Part shown: positions 1 through 9,859 of the stretch, piece by piece
How positions within the stretch are numbered: position 1 is the stretch's first letter
How the letters are laid out: each line of letters starts with the position of its first letter
Assembly: GCA_902587125.1 (NCBI GenBank)
Contig: CACIJW010000001.1
Span: forward strand, 13,566 to 77,565
Reading direction: 5' to 3'
Source: an uncultured Bacteroidota bacterium
Lineage (GTDB): Bacteria > Bacteroidota > Bacteroidia > Flavobacteriales > BACL11
DNA length: 64,000 nucleotides
Notes under the pieces: model-generated
Told to the model about the DNA's origin: nothing
What the model saw: the letters and a program-made list of their open reading frames with translations, nothing else
Databases searched by the model: none
Made by a program: the position numbers and the translations under genes

Positions 1-81
1 AATATTTTCTATTAATATTTCAGTTATATTTTTTTTATCAACTGCTGTAATTACTTCAAGTATTTGAGATAAATATTTCAT
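1..81 (-). CDS. murE: UDP-N-acetylmuramoyl-L-alanyl-D-glutamate--2,6-diaminopimelate ligase; first 27 codons only, the gene runs off the window
   Basis: The reverse strand reads MKYLSQILEVITAVDKKNITEILIENI. Its ATG (79-81) overlaps the ftsI stop (78-80) as ATGA. murE normally follows ftsI in dcw clusters. The fragment is too short for motif confirmation. Confidence 0.45.
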   Translation of the reverse strand, partial: MKYLSQILEVITAVDKKNITEILIENI

Positions 82-2138
82 AAAAAATTTAAAATAACTT
101 CTTGGCCAGCATAGATTTTTTTTCCGCTCTTAATTGATTGACTAACAACTTTCCCTGTTCCTTTTGCAACTACTATAATTTTTTTATTTTCAAGATGAAA
201 AACTACTTCTCTTTTACTGTATCCTCTTAAATCAGGCATAATATTAAGATCCAACTTTTTAATATTTTTGTTATGATTTGTAATTGATTTAATTAAAAAT
301 TGCGATACTGAAGCTGAGTCATGATGTATTTGAATTTGACTGTAATTTGATATTATGTCTTCTAAATTATTTGATTTAGCAGAATTATATTTTGGCAGAA
401 AAGAAGAAATTTTTTCATAATCTGATTCTTTTTGAAGGTCCAAGTCCATTGCAAAAATTTTATCTGATATTTCTTTGAATACTGGTGCAGCAACATCTCC
501 ACCATAATGATAATTACCTTTCGGATCATTTATTAAAACTATACAAGAATATTTGGGTTGCTCTGATGGAAAAAATCCAACAAAAGATGTTTGATACGAT
601 TTCTTTTCATCAGAGTTTGAATAGTTTGTCACAGTTGTACCAGTTTTTCCAGAGATTGAATAATTATCTGTCCAAATGTTCTTAGCTGTTCCATACTCAA
701 CAACTCCTTGTAATAAAGGCGTAACTTTATCCAATGTTGCTTTTGAGCAAATAGAGGACTTTAAAACTTCAACTTTATTTTTATAAATAACATTATTTTG
801 TTTCTTAATCATATCAATAAAAGTGGGATTAACCATTTTACCATAATTTGCTACTGCGTTATAAAAAGTTAAAATATGCATTGGAGAAAACTGCATCTCA
901 TATCCTATAGCCATGTACGGAATACTAATTCCAGACCAACTTCTTTCATTTGGATTGTTTATAAATAAATTATTTGAATATGGTATATCAAGATTTAGAG
1001 GCTCACCAAGTCCAAATTTATACACTCTGTTTATAAAGTCCCAAGGTTTATCCTTATATGAATCATTAACTATTTTTGAAAAAATATTTGAGGATTTTAT
1101 GAAAGCATCTGATATGGTCAACTCACCATACCCTCCTTTTTTTGAATCATTTATTTCTTTATCATAAAATTTATAAACTCCATTTCCAGTGTTAACAAGA
1201 TCATCAATACTGAATTTTTTATCCTCAAGCCCAGAAATCAAAGATGCAAGCTTAAAGGTTGATCCAGGCTCCATATGAGTTCCTATTGCATAATTATAAT
1301 ATTCATCTAATTGATTATTAATTGTGTCATAATGCAAATTAGCAATAGCTTTTACTCTTCCAGTAGTTACTTCCATAACAACTGCACAGCCCCATGATGC
1401 ATTATTTTCTATTATTCCAGATGCAAGTGCATTTTCAACTACATCTTGAAAATCAATATTTATTGTTGTTACTATATCATTTCCAGCTATAGGGTTCATG
1501 TTAGCTTCAGATTTTTTTGAAATCCACCTATTTTTACCAATATTTTGTTTTAGCTGAATACCATTTGTACCTGACAGATTTTTATTGAAAGATCTTTCGA
1601 TACCTACTGGATTTTCATCTCTTAAAATTCCAATGGTTCTACTAGCAAGTATTCCATATGGCTTTTTTCTATTTGTTCTTTTTTCAATAATTAATCCACC
1701 CTTGTTTTGTCCATAAATAAAAATTGGAAGTTTTTTAATTTTTTGAAGATCATTGTGATTAACTTTTTTTGCAATTGGATAATATTTCTTATTATTTTCT
1801 TTAGCTCGTAAAAATTCTTTTTTTACTAAATCCTCATCTTTTTCCAACAATTTTGAAAATCTCGCTGCTAATTCATTAATATTACTGTCAAATATTTCTT
1901 TTTCAATTACAGAAAAATCAACATGAAGATCATAAAGAGGCATTGAGATTGCAAGTAACTCACCATTTTCAGCTTTTATATTTCCTCTCAAAGCTTCAAT
2001 CTCAAAAAATTTTGGTGCATTTGATAATGAGAATTTTTCATCAGACTTTTGGATATATATAACTCTGAAAACAATGATTATAGCTACAAATGCTAATAAA
2101 AAATATGAAACAAAAATTCTGGAGTTATTTTTCTGCAT
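78..2138 (-). CDS. ftsI: Penicillin-binding protein 3-type transpeptidase (division PBP)
   Basis: 686-aa ORF with an N-terminal TM anchor. It carries the SxxK (GSTFK), SxN (KSSN) and KTG (GKTGTT) motifs and a PASTA-like C-terminus. It sits after ftsL in the dcw cluster. Confidence 0.9.
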   Translation of the reverse strand: MQKNNSRIFVSYFLLAFVAIIIVFRVIYIQKSDEKFSLSNAPKFFEIEALRGNIKAENGELLAISMPLYDLHVDFSVIEKEIFDSNINELAARFSKLLEKDEDLVKKEFLRAKENNKKYYPIAKKVNHNDLQKIKKLPIFIYGQNKGGLIIEKRTNRKKPYGILASRTIGILRDENPVGIERSFNKNLSGTNGIQLKQNIGKNRWISKKSEANMNPIAGNDIVTTINIDFQDVVENALASGIIENNASWGCAVVMEVTTGRVKAIANLHYDTINNQLDEYYNYAIGTHMEPGSTFKLASLISGLEDKKFSIDDLVNTGNGVYKFYDKEINDSKKGGYGELTISDAFIKSSNIFSKIVNDSYKDKPWDFINRVYKFGLGEPLNLDIPYSNNLFINNPNERSWSGISIPYMAIGYEMQFSPMHILTFYNAVANYGKMVNPTFIDMIKKQNNVIYKNKVEVLKSSICSKATLDKVTPLLQGVVEYGTAKNIWTDNYSISGKTGTTVTNYSNSDEKKSYQTSFVGFFPSEQPKYSCIVLINDPKGNYHYGGDVAAPVFKEISDKIFAMDLDLQKESDYEKISSFLPKYNSAKSNNLEDIISNYSQIQIHHDSASVSQFLIKSITNHNKNIKKLDLNIMPDLRGYSKREVVFHLENKKIIVVAKGTGKVVSQSIKSGKKIYAGQEVILNFL

Positions 2139-2442
2139 TTTCTAAAATATAGTTTGGCTCAATAGAAGTGAACAATTTAATCTCACGAACTATTTTTTCT
2201 ATTTCAGTCCTCTTAGTCAGACTGGCTAGTTGTGATTTAGTTGTAATTGATTTTAATCTGAGTTCGTTTATGTCCTTCTCTTTTTTTGAAATATCAATAA
2301 TTACTCTTTGACATTCGAAAGTCACTGAAATATTAATTATTAAAAGTGCTACCACAAAAAATAAGAATCTCATATTTTTCAGCTTCTTGTCAACTAAAAT
2401 AAAGTCTCCTCTCAGTAATGTTTTGATTTTATTTAAGCTCAT
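2125..2442 (-). CDS. ftsL: FtsL-like cell division protein (small bitopic membrane protein)
   Basis: About 105 aa with a single TM segment (FLFFVVALLIINISV) followed by a coiled-coil-like region. It lies between rsmH and ftsI. The ATG at 2442 leaves a 4-nt gap after the rsmH stop; the ORF-track start at 2463 is an alternative. Confidence 0.6.
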   Translation of the reverse strand: MSLNKIKTLLRGDFILVDKKLKNMRFLFFVVALLIINISVTFECQRVIIDISKKEKDINELRLKSITTKSQLASLTKRTEIEKIVREIKLFTSIEPNYILENAEK

Positions 2443-2446
2443 ATAT

Positions 2447-3367
2447 TTAAGTTTTAAAAGCAACTCTCATTTTAGCACTTCTACTTCTTGAATTATTTTT
2501 TATTTCATCTAAATCAGGCGTAATAACCTTTTTGTAAACTTCCTTTAATCTTAACTTTTTGTTTCCGTAAAAATCTTTTTTAAGAGTTCCATCAAAATCT
2601 CCTTTTTTAAACCAATTTTTAACAATTCTATCCTCAGCAGAGTGATATGAAATAATTACAAGCCTAGCAGATTTCTTAAGCATATTAGTACTTGAAATCA
2701 ATAATTTTTTTAAAGCATTCAGTTCATCATTAACTTCAATTCTGACCGCTTGAAAAACTCTTGACAAAAACTTGTTTAAATTGATAGAATCATTATTTTG
2801 ATTATCTGTAACTGCTCTTGCAAATTGAACCGTAGTTTTAATTTTATTTTTTTTTCTGTGTTCCATAATCTTTGATGTGATTTTTAATGGATTATTAAAA
2901 TCACCATATAGCTTAAAAACTCTGTTGAGCTCATCAACATTATAGCTATTAACTACATCAATAGCACTAAGCTTTGAGTTTTGATTCATTCTCATGTCCA
3001 GATCAAAGTCCTTCCTATATGAAAAACCTCTTTCTCTCTTGTCTATTTGATGAGATGATATTCCTAAGTCCGCTATTAAACCATCAATTTTTGAAACATT
3101 TTCAATTTTTAAATATTCACTGATATATTTATAATCAGAAATAAATAATTTGAACCTATCGTCTTTTAAAATATTTTTATTTGAATCCCCATCTTTATCA
3201 AAAGCATATAATTTTCCTTTCTTTAATTTTTCTAATATTTTTTTTGAATGACCTCCACCACCAAAAGTCGCGTCAACGTAAATACCATTATTAATAATAT
3301 TTAAAGCATCAATACTTTCTTTTAACATAACTGGCATATGATATTTATTCATCTTTTTCGGGTCCAC
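2447..3367 (-). CDS. rsmH: 16S rRNA (cytosine1402-N4)-methyltransferase
   Basis: It has the YHxPVML N-terminus and the SAM-binding block DATFGGGGHS. It sits after mraZ. The true start may be the internal ATG at 3352 (MNKYHMPVML). Confidence 0.9.
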   Translation of the reverse strand: MDPKKMNKYHMPVMLKESIDALNIINNGIYVDATFGGGGHSKKILEKLKKGKLYAFDKDGDSNKNILKDDRFKLFISDYKYISEYLKIENVSKIDGLIADLGISSHQIDKRERGFSYRKDFDLDMRMNQNSKLSAIDVVNSYNVDELNRVFKLYGDFNNPLKITSKIMEHRKKNKIKTTVQFARAVTDNQNNDSINLNKFLSRVFQAVRIEVNDELNALKKLLISSTNMLKKSARLVIISYHSAEDRIVKNWFKKGDFDGTLKKDFYGNKKLRLKEVYKKVITPDLDEIKNNSRSRSAKMRVAFKT

Positions 3368-3806
3368 CCATTACATCTTCAACAAGATCAGGGAAGTTAT
3401 TAAGCGATGATTTGATAGACTTTTCATAATTATCTTTGGACCAAACTTCAATCATATTAAGAGATGAAGAAAAGACAATATCTTTTTTAAGATTTGCAAA
3501 AATCATTAGGTCTTTTGGTATTAATATTCTAAAATTAGCATCTAGTTCAACTTCTTTTAAACCAGATAAATAAGTTCTGATGAATGTGTTATTTTTTCTA
3601 CTAAACCTATTAAGCTTATCAATTTGTTTCATGACCTTTTTCCACTCGCAGTTTGGATGTATCTCAATACAATTTGAAAAAACACTTCTTTTTAAAATAA
3701 ATTTTTCATGAATAACGGTTGCTAATTGTTTTTTTATAGCACTTGGCACATTGACTCTTCCTTTTATGTCAATTTTACATTCATATGTACCAACTATGTT
3801 TATCAT
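3345..3806 (-). CDS. mraZ: Transcriptional regulator MraZ
   Basis: From the ATG at 3806 the product begins MINIVGTYECKIDIKGRVNVP. A second half-repeat is present (LDANFRILIPKDL), as expected for the two SpoVT/AbrB-like repeats of MraZ. The longer ORF-track start at 3842 would overlap the operator repeats, so I discount it. Confidence 0.85.
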   Translation of the reverse strand: MINIVGTYECKIDIKGRVNVPSAIKKQLATVIHEKFILKRSVFSNCIEIHPNCEWKKVMKQIDKLNRFSRKNNTFIRTYLSGLKEVELDANFRILIPKDLMIFANLKKDIVFSSSLNMIEVWSKDNYEKSIKSSLNNFPDLVEDVMGGPEKDE

Positions 3807-3810
3807 ATTG

Positions 3811-3818
3811 TAAATATA
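3811..3818 (-). promoter_or_regulatory. Near-consensus Bacteroidota -7 box (TATATTTA) for mraZ
   Basis: The sense strand reads TATATTTA-CAAT-ATG. This has one mismatch to TAnnTTTG (final G is A). It lies 4 nt before the mraZ ATG and 10 nt downstream of the AAAGTGG repeats. Confidence 0.3.
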
Positions 3819-3828
3819 GTAAATTACC

Positions 3829-3858
3829 CCACTTTTATCCACTTTTATCCACTTTGTT
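3829..3858 (-). promoter_or_regulatory. Putative MraZ operator: three direct repeats (AAAGTGG) with 10-bp phasing
   Basis: The plus strand reads CCACTTTTAT CCACTTTTAT CCACTTTGTT. On the mraZ sense strand this is AACAAAGTGG ATAAAAGTGG ATAAAAGTGG, 23-52 nt upstream of the mraZ ATG. Confidence 0.6.
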
Positions 3859-3958
3859 AATAACTTTTAACACGTTTTTTTGTTATAAATCAAAATGTGC
3901 ATCAAAATCTATTTGTTTAAAATTTCTTTTCTTTGCAAGTAAATCTGAAATTATTAAA

Positions 3959-4717
3959 ATGATATTTAAAGAAGACGGAGGCTTCAATTACTTGGAAACA
4001 GGTGAGGGAAAGCCAATCATTTTATTACATGGTCTAATGGGTAGTATCGAAAATTTTGGAGATATGGTTAAACATATTTCATCAAGTCACAAGATTTATG
4101 GACTTGATTTAAAATTATATACGACTCCGCTTTCTAAAACCTCTGTGAAAACACTTGCTGATTATCTTCATAGCTTTATGAGTCATCTTAAAATTGAAAA
4201 AGCAACATTACTTGGGAACTCTATGGGAGGTCACATAGCTTTAATTTTTTCAAAACTTTATCCAAACATGGTTAGTGGTATGGTTTTGACAGGAAGCTCT
4301 GGACTTTATGAAAACTCTATGGGAAACACATATCCCAGACGAGGTGATTATGATTACATAAAAAGAAAAACAGAAGAAGTTTTTTACGATCCAAAAACTG
4401 CAACCAAAGAACTTGTCGACAGTGTGTTTGAAATGGCAAATAACAGAGGTTCAGTTATACGAGTATTAGCATATGCTAAATCTGCAATAAGGCATAATAT
4501 GGCAAAAGATTTACCAAAATTAAATATGCCAAGCTTACTAATCTGGGGTAAACAGGACCAAGTGACGCCTCCTCGTGTGGCTGAAGAGTTTCATTCTTTA
4601 TTACCAAACTCTGAACTTCATTGGATTGACTTATGTGGACATGCGCCAATGTGGGAACACCCAAAGAAATTTAGTGAAATTGTTCTTAAATGGATGAGTA
4701 AACATACAAGTTCATAG
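3959..4717 (+). CDS. Alpha/beta-fold hydrolase
   Basis: From the ATG at 3959 (MIFKEDGG...) it shows an HG oxyanion motif (ILLHGLMGS), a nucleophile elbow (GNSMGG) and a C-terminal catalytic His context ([10 protein letters not shown]). The ORF-track N-terminal extension overlaps mraZ and its operator, so I discount it. Confidence 0.8.
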   Translation: MIFKEDGGFNYLETGEGKPIILLHGLMGSIENFGDMVKHISSSHKIYGLDLKLYTTPLSKTSVKTLADYLHSFMSHLKIEKATLLGNSMGGHIALIFSKLYPNMVSGMVLTGSSGLYENSMGNTYPRRGDYDYIKRKTEEVFYDPKTATKELVDSVFEMANNRGSVIRVLAYAKSAIRHNMAKDLPKLNMPSLLIWGKQDQVTPPRVAEEFHSLLPNSELHWIDLCGHAPMWEHPKKFSEIVLKWMSKHTSS

Positions 4718-4719
4718 TA

Positions 4720-5316
4720 ATGATAATAAAATCAGCTACTTTTATTTGTAGCAGTGCAGATTTTAAACAGTGTCCCAACTCAACTTTTTTCGAATTTGCT
4801 TTTATTGGCAGATCCAATGTTGGTAAATCAACATTAATAAACTATTTAACAAACAAAAAAAAATTAGCAAAAACATCAAGTACACCTGGAAAAACGCAAC
4901 TTATTAATCATTTTAGTATTAATGACAGCTGGTATTTAGTAGACCTACCTGGATATGGATATGCTAAAACTTCAAAAAAAAATAGAGAACAATTAAAACA
5001 TATTGTTGTTGATTATCTTGTTAATAGAAAAAACTTAAAACTAACATTTGTTTTATTGGACAGCAGAAGAGAACTTCAAAAAATAGATCTTGAATTTATT
5101 AACTGGATGGGCATAAATGAACTACCGTTTTACATTATATTAACAAAGATTGATAAAATCTCTAAGGCAGAATTGAATCAAAATATTGTTTCAATTAAAG
5201 ATAAATTACTTGAACATTGGATTAAACTACCACCAATTTTCATAAGCTCATCCTCAAAAAAAATTGGTCGCAAAGAAATTCTTGCTTCGATAAAAAAAAC
5301 TCTTGAATCACTTTAA
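4720..5316 (+). CDS. engB: Ribosome biogenesis GTP-binding protein YsxC/EngB
   Basis: G1 is [10 protein letters not shown]3 is DLPGYGYA and G4 is TKIDK. The 198-aa size is typical. Confidence 0.9.
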   Translation: MIIKSATFICSSADFKQCPNSTFFEFAFIGRSNVGKSTLINYLTNKKKLAKTSSTPGKTQLINHFSINDSWYLVDLPGYGYAKTSKKNREQLKHIVVDYLVNRKNLKLTFVLLDSRRELQKIDLEFINWMGINELPFYIILTKIDKISKAELNQNIVSIKDKLLEHWIKLPPIFISSSSKKIGRKEILASIKKTLESL

Positions 5317-5631
5317 AATATTTGACAATTTGGCAAACTTTTCTGCAAAATTTACCAAAGCAGCTGACACTTTTTGATTATCAGTTGCTTTTTCCAAATT
5401 TTTTGCCATTGTAATTAGTGTTTGGTGATAGAATATGAACATATCGTTTAATGGCATGTCTTTAGTCCATAAGCTTATATTAAGAGAGTTTCTCTGATTA
5501 GAATCCCACATCGATATTAAGATAGATTTAATCTTATCAATGTCCTTATCACTATCAGCTGATGACATTTTGATTTTTTCCGCTAAATGATTTTCATCTA
5601 GCTCAATTTCAAAAGATATAGTTTTTTTCAT
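5308..5631 (-). CDS. gldC: Gliding motility-associated protein GldC
   Basis: 107 aa. The block [24 protein letters not shown] matches my recollection of the conserved GldC core (DLWTKDMP...HQTL). It lies directly downstream of gldB, as in Flavobacterium. Confidence 0.75.
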   Translation of the reverse strand: MKKTISFEIELDENHLAEKIKMSSADSDKDIDKIKSILISMWDSNQRNSLNISLWTKDMPLNDMFIFYHQTLITMAKNLEKATDNQKVSAALVNFAEKFAKLSNILK

Positions 5632-6587
5632 TTTTTTGGTCTGTATTTTGATTCACTTAAAATTTTATTTTCATCAGTCTCAGCAATTAATTCAAACAAG
5701 GTTTTATGCTTATACTTTTCTGCATATTTTTTAAAAATTTTATATCCAACAAAGTATGCAATTCTTCCAGGTGATTCTTGAGGCATTCCCTTTGCAAATG
5801 GAGAATAATCTAAGTAGCTTCTTAAATTATTTTGATTGTTAGAAAAAATAAGATTATTTTCAATAAAAAAGTTCCAAATTTGAAATTCATTTTCTTCACA
5901 CCAAAGGTATTCTTCATTGGTATATGAAAAGTTCACCTCTTTTGAATTTTTGCTACATTTTTCTACAACATACATTATTTTACCTTTATATATTAATGAG
6001 GATAGAAAATTGTTTCTTTTGTAATATTCTTCAAAGTATGAGTTAAAAATAACCTCAATTAAATTTGCAGTAATATATCGCTTGCTCTTGTATTTTCTCA
6101 AATAGTCAGGAATTGATAACATTTTATAAAACTTTGAATTTTCGTTAAGGTAATTATCTAATCCAATTGCAACGATATCGTCATATGAAATTATACCATA
6201 ATTAAAACCACTATTATAAATGTATACTTTTGTTTGAGTTAAGCTTGGAAAAAAGCCATAAAACTTATTTAAAGAAAAAGAAATATCATCATAAATCTCA
6301 TCTTCATTTTTATTTAAAAATAAACTTATCGAATCATTAGTTTCTTCAATTAATGTATCATTTTTAAATGAGATTAGACTTGACAAGAAATCATCATTAT
6401 TTCTTATTATGTAATTGGAAAAAAAATCTAAAAAAACTTCATGACTTTCTTCCCAATCTTTTATGCTATCACCTAAAGCTATTATATCATTAACTGAAAT
6501 TACTTCATGAAAATCATTGATATTAATCTTTTGTGATTTATCGATATTGCACCCAATAAAAATTATTAGCATTAATAATCTTTTCAT
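5628..6587 (-). CDS. gldB: Gliding motility lipoprotein GldB
   Basis: 319 aa with a lipoprotein signal peptide (LMLIIFIGC). It overlaps gldC by 4 nt and is divergent from nadE, which matches the gldB-gldC/nadE neighbourhood I recall from Flavobacterium johnsoniae. Confidence 0.7.
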   Translation of the reverse strand: MKRLLMLIIFIGCNIDKSQKININDFHEVISVNDIIALGDSIKDWEESHEVFLDFFSNYIIRNNDDFLSSLISFKNDTLIEETNDSISLFLNKNEDEIYDDISFSLNKFYGFFPSLTQTKVYIYNSGFNYGIISYDDIVAIGLDNYLNENSKFYKMLSIPDYLRKYKSKRYITANLIEVIFNSYFEEYYKRNNFLSSLIYKGKIMYVVEKCSKNSKEVNFSYTNEEYLWCEENEFQIWNFFIENNLIFSNNQNNLRSYLDYSPFAKGMPQESPGRIAYFVGYKIFKKYAEKYKHKTLFELIAETDENKILSESKYRPKK

Positions 6588-6611
6588 CTTACAAAATAAA
6601 TAGTTTTAACT

Positions 6612-6619
6612 TAACTTTG
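6612..6619 (+). promoter_or_regulatory. -7 promoter box TAACTTTG (TAnnTTTG) for nadE
   Basis: Exact match to the Bacteroidota -7 consensus, 4 nt (CATT) before the nadE ATG at 6624. Confidence 0.45.
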
Positions 6620-6623
6620 CATT

Positions 6624-7394
6624 ATGAATAATGAATTAGTTAAAAATCATATAATTGATTGGCTCAACCAATACTGCATTTCAAGTAAAAAAGATGGCTT
6701 TGTAGTAGGAATATCTGGCGGTATAGACTCAGCCTTAACATCTACTTTATGCGCATTAACTTCAAAAAAAACAATTTGCTTAAGTATGCCCATTAATCAA
6801 AATACGAATCAGATTGAGAGAGCTAATGAACACATCAGGTTTTTAAAGAAACAATTTGAAAACGTAGTGTCCATCGATTTGAATTTAAGTGATAGTTTTA
6901 ATCATTTTAAAACTGAGCTCAGCAAATATTGTAATTCGGAAATTTCTTTTGTAAATTCAAAATCAAGGCTTAGAATGGTTTCTTTATATTGCATCGCTCA
7001 AGAAAAAAATGTTTTGGTCGCAGGCACTGGTAACAAAGTTGAAGATTTTGGCATAGGTTTTTACACAAAATATGGAGATGGTGGAGTAGATTTAAGTCCT
7101 ATTGCTGACCTAATGAAATCTCAAGTAAAGGAGCTTGCAGAATTTCTCAATATTTCTAAGAATATCATCGAGGCACCACCAACAGATGGTTTATGGGATA
7201 ATGACAAAACAGATGAGCAACAAATTGGAGCTACGTATGATGAGTTAGAATGGGCTATGAATTTCGAAAGTAGTGAAAACAAATTAGCTAGTAGACAAAG
7301 AGAAGTACTAAGAATTTATAGAAAATTTAATCAGTCTAATGCTCATAAAATGCTTCCAATTCCCGTTTGCAAAATTCCTGGTGAACTAATTTGA
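6624..7394 (+). CDS. nadE: NH3-dependent NAD+ synthetase
   Basis: PP-loop GISGGIDSALTS. The 256-aa size and the C-terminal KxPTADL-like block (APPTDGLW) fit the family. Confidence 0.9.
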   Translation: MNNELVKNHIIDWLNQYCISSKKDGFVVGISGGIDSALTSTLCALTSKKTICLSMPINQNTNQIERANEHIRFLKKQFENVVSIDLNLSDSFNHFKTELSKYCNSEISFVNSKSRLRMVSLYCIAQEKNVLVAGTGNKVEDFGIGFYTKYGDGGVDLSPIADLMKSQVKELAEFLNISKNIIEAPPTDGLWDNDKTDEQQIGATYDELEWAMNFESSENKLASRQREVLRIYRKFNQSNAHKMLPIPVCKIPGELI

Positions 7395-7399
7395 ATTTA

Positions 7400-7648
7400 A
7401 TGAAATTAGAAAAAAAAATTACTTCAGTACTTATTTTGATCATGATTTTTTCAATTACCTTCTTTCAAACAAAAACACAAAATACTGAAAAAGCATCATT
7501 TTCAATTTTTAAAACAAAAAATGAAAATCAAATAAAAATCGAAAATTTAATAGATTTTTATTTAGAGGAAAGAGGATATTCTCTAGACAGTAATAAGATA
7601 AATACTTTAAGAAGAGAAAATAATTCTTTTTGGAATAAAAATAAGTAA
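7400..7648 (+). CDS. Hypothetical small secreted or membrane protein
   Basis: About 82 aa from the ATG at 7400, with an N-terminal hydrophobic segment (ITSVLILIMIFSITFF). I recognise no family. Its 3' end overlaps the convergent lnt gene by 42 nt. Confidence 0.35.
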   Translation: MKLEKKITSVLILIMIFSITFFQTKTQNTEKASFSIFKTKNENQIKIENLIDFYLEERGYSLDSNKINTLRRENNSFWNKNK

Positions 7649-9136
7649 AATCATAACACTTATAAAAGCTGAAATTCTTCCTAAGTAATCACCGTATTTG
7701 TTATAAAATGTTTTTTGATCATAAATCCCAACTTCAGTACTGAGATATTTTTTTTTATCCCACTGCAAGCTGGATGAAACTCTTCCATTTGGTAAAATAA
7801 CTCCAGAAATTCCTGTGTTTGCTGACCTGACCAAAGATTTACGACTTTCAATTGCTCTTAGTTTTGAATAAGAGAAATGTTGCTTATATCCTTGTGTGTC
7901 TCCCCACCATCCATCATTAGTTATAACACATATCAGATTATCACTCTCATTTACAAGATGCCCGTAAACACTTTCATAACAAATCAAAGGCTTTATTTTA
8001 AACTTTGAAATACTAAATGAAGACAAGTAATTATCTGAGGCCAAAGACCCAGAAATACCTCCCAACTCAATTATTTTAGCGCTTAATTTATCAAAAACTT
8101 TCGGAAAAGGTGTTGATTCAGCTCCAGGTACTAATTTAGTTTTATGATAAAATTCATATGATTTTTTTGAAATTAATATTGCAGAATTGTAAACATCATA
8201 ATAAATATTTTTACCAATGACTTTTCTTGCAGTTGATGTTAAACTATTAGCATCAAGAATTTTAAAAGTAGTTGCACCAATTAGTATATTTAAATTTGGA
8301 TATTTATTAATCAATTTTTGTAAACCATTATAACTCACTGAATTCTCAAACAAATGTTCCCAAATTTGCTCTTGTAAAAAAGTTTCAGGTGCTAAAACTA
8401 AATCTGTTTCACTTGTTGCTATACTATCAATTTTCGATAAAAAACTTTCAAAATGATACTTACTATCAGCGGTAAATTTTTCAGTGTAAGGATCAATATT
8501 TGGCTGAACAATAATGACGTCTAATTTATCAATAGGTGTCTTATTTTTTTTGATTGTCAAAGAAAAAATTATTGGAATAATTAAAACTAATGAAGTTTTT
8601 AAATCTAGTTTTTTGTTAAGAAATGATTTGTATAAATATATGTTAGCTAGCAAAATCCACAAGCTACCGCCAAGAATTCCAGTGTATTCATACCACTGAA
8701 CAAGAAAAACATCATTGCTAAAAACATTTCCTAAAATTAACCAAGGCCAAGAAAGTTGCCAATTCAGGTGAATATACTCCATGGAAATCCAAACTGTAAT
8801 TAATAAAAAAAATGAAAGTCTGCTGGAAATTACTTTTCTTGAAAATTGAAAAGTCCAGAAAACAAACGTCATCATTAGTGAATTAACAATAAATGCAAAA
8901 ATCGAACCGCCAGGAGATGCATTCCAGATCCAATATGTAGTTAATACATTAAAAAGAAAAAAAGAAAAAAAGAAAAATTTAATAGCTGAAAATGAACTTA
9001 AACCTTTTTTTAAAATCATATCTGACAATATAAACAAAGGAACAAATGCAAAAAAGATAAAAAAACTTAGTCCATTGTTGGGCCAAGAAATGAATAACAA
9101 AATACCCGTTAATAAAGACAATAAAAGCTTTTTCAT
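7607..9136 (-). CDS. lnt: Apolipoprotein N-acyltransferase
   Basis: 509 aa with a multi-TM N-terminal half and a CN-hydrolase domain. Candidate catalytic E/K/C contexts are LAPE, HKTKLVPGAE and LICYES. Confidence 0.85.
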   Translation of the reverse strand: MKKLLLSLLTGILLFISWPNNGLSFFIFFAFVPLFILSDMILKKGLSSFSAIKFFFFSFFLFNVLTTYWIWNASPGGSIFAFIVNSLMMTFVFWTFQFSRKVISSRLSFFLLITVWISMEYIHLNWQLSWPWLILGNVFSNDVFLVQWYEYTGILGGSLWILLANIYLYKSFLNKKLDLKTSLVLIIPIIFSLTIKKNKTPIDKLDVIIVQPNIDPYTEKFTADSKYHFESFLSKIDSIATSETDLVLAPETFLQEQIWEHLFENSVSYNGLQKLINKYPNLNILIGATTFKILDANSLTSTARKVIGKNIYYDVYNSAILISKKSYEFYHKTKLVPGAESTPFPKVFDKLSAKIIELGGISGSLASDNYLSSFSISKFKIKPLICYESVYGHLVNESDNLICVITNDGWWGDTQGYKQHFSYSKLRAIESRKSLVRSANTGISGVILPNGRVSSSLQWDKKKYLSTEVGIYDQKTFYNKYGDYLGRISAFISVMILLIFIPKRIIFSS

Positions 9137-9172
9137 CTCTTCTAAATAAAATAATGTTTTAATATTGTATCG

Positions 9173-9859
9173 ATGAATTCAAAAATATTAAATATCGCTA
9201 ACTTTTTCACAATTTTAAATTTATTGTGTGGACTTATTGCAATTGTTTTCTTTTCAAATGGATTAATAAATTTTGGATGCTTGTTTATAATTTTTGCTTC
9301 ATTTTTTGATTTTTTAGACGGGTATTTTGCAAGAAAATTAAATATTTCTAGCGATTTTGGTAAGCAAGCTGATAGTCTCAGCGATATGATAAGTTTTGGC
9401 GTTGCGCCTGCAATACTACTTTTTGATATCACTAAAGGCATATTAAAAAACAATCTTGATTATACCAATGAAATACATATAGTTCTTAGTTCTAGCTTTG
9501 TATTCATTTATTCAGTTGCTGCATTGATCAGACTTTCATTATTTAATAATCAATCTACTCATTTTAATGGGATACCTTCTCCAGTAGCAGCATTAACTGT
9601 TATTTTACTACCATTTGTTGAATTTGAAATAAATCTAATTATAATCTCTTGCTATGTTTTCATTTTATCTTTTTTGATGATCATGAATCTTCAAATTATT
9701 TCAATAAAAAAGATAAACAAAAACACAATTTACTTTTTAAGTATATTTTTAGTTTTAAGCATATTTTTAATTGTTTTTTTTAAATTTACTGCGGTGCCAC
9801 TTATTTTGGCAAGCTACATTTTATTGTCAACTATTTTTGTTAAAAATGAATACTTATAA
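9173..9859 (+). CDS. pssA: CDP-diacylglycerol--serine O-phosphatidyltransferase (CDP-alcohol phosphatidyltransferase family)
   Basis: The motif DGx2ARx8Gx3Dx3D is seen as DFLDGYFARKLNISSDFGKQADSLSDM. The protein is polytopic. Confidence 0.85.
   Translation: MNSKILNIANFFTILNLLCGLIAIVFFSNGLINFGCLFIIFASFFDFLDGYFARKLNISSDFGKQADSLSDMISFGVAPAILLFDITKGILKNNLDYTNEIHIVLSSSFVFIYSVAALIRLSLFNNQSTHFNGIPSPVAALTVILLPFVEFEINLIIISCYVFILSFLMIMNLQIISIKKINKNTIYFLSIFLVLSIFLIVFFKFTAVPLILASYILLSTIFVKNEYL

Noticed and set aside
3345-3958. Longer ORF-track versions of mraZ (start 3842) and of the alpha/beta hydrolase (start 3785), which would overlap each other
   Set aside because: Canonical family N-termini begin at internal ATGs (3806 and 3959). 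The extensions would run through the AAAGTGG operator repeats and contain no conserved sequence.
7391-7648. The 42-nt convergent overlap between the 82-aa ORF and lnt as evidence for an antisense regulatory gene
   Set aside because: Comparable convergent overlaps are the norm in this window, and the small ORF has no recognisable family. It is kept only as a low-confidence CDS.
9142-9453. 103-aa minus-strand ORF overlapping the 5' part of pssA
   Set aside because: It is antisense to a well-supported CDP-alcohol phosphatidyltransferase gene. Its composition is low-complexity (K/I/F-rich) and it has no recognisable motif. It behaves like a shadow ORF.
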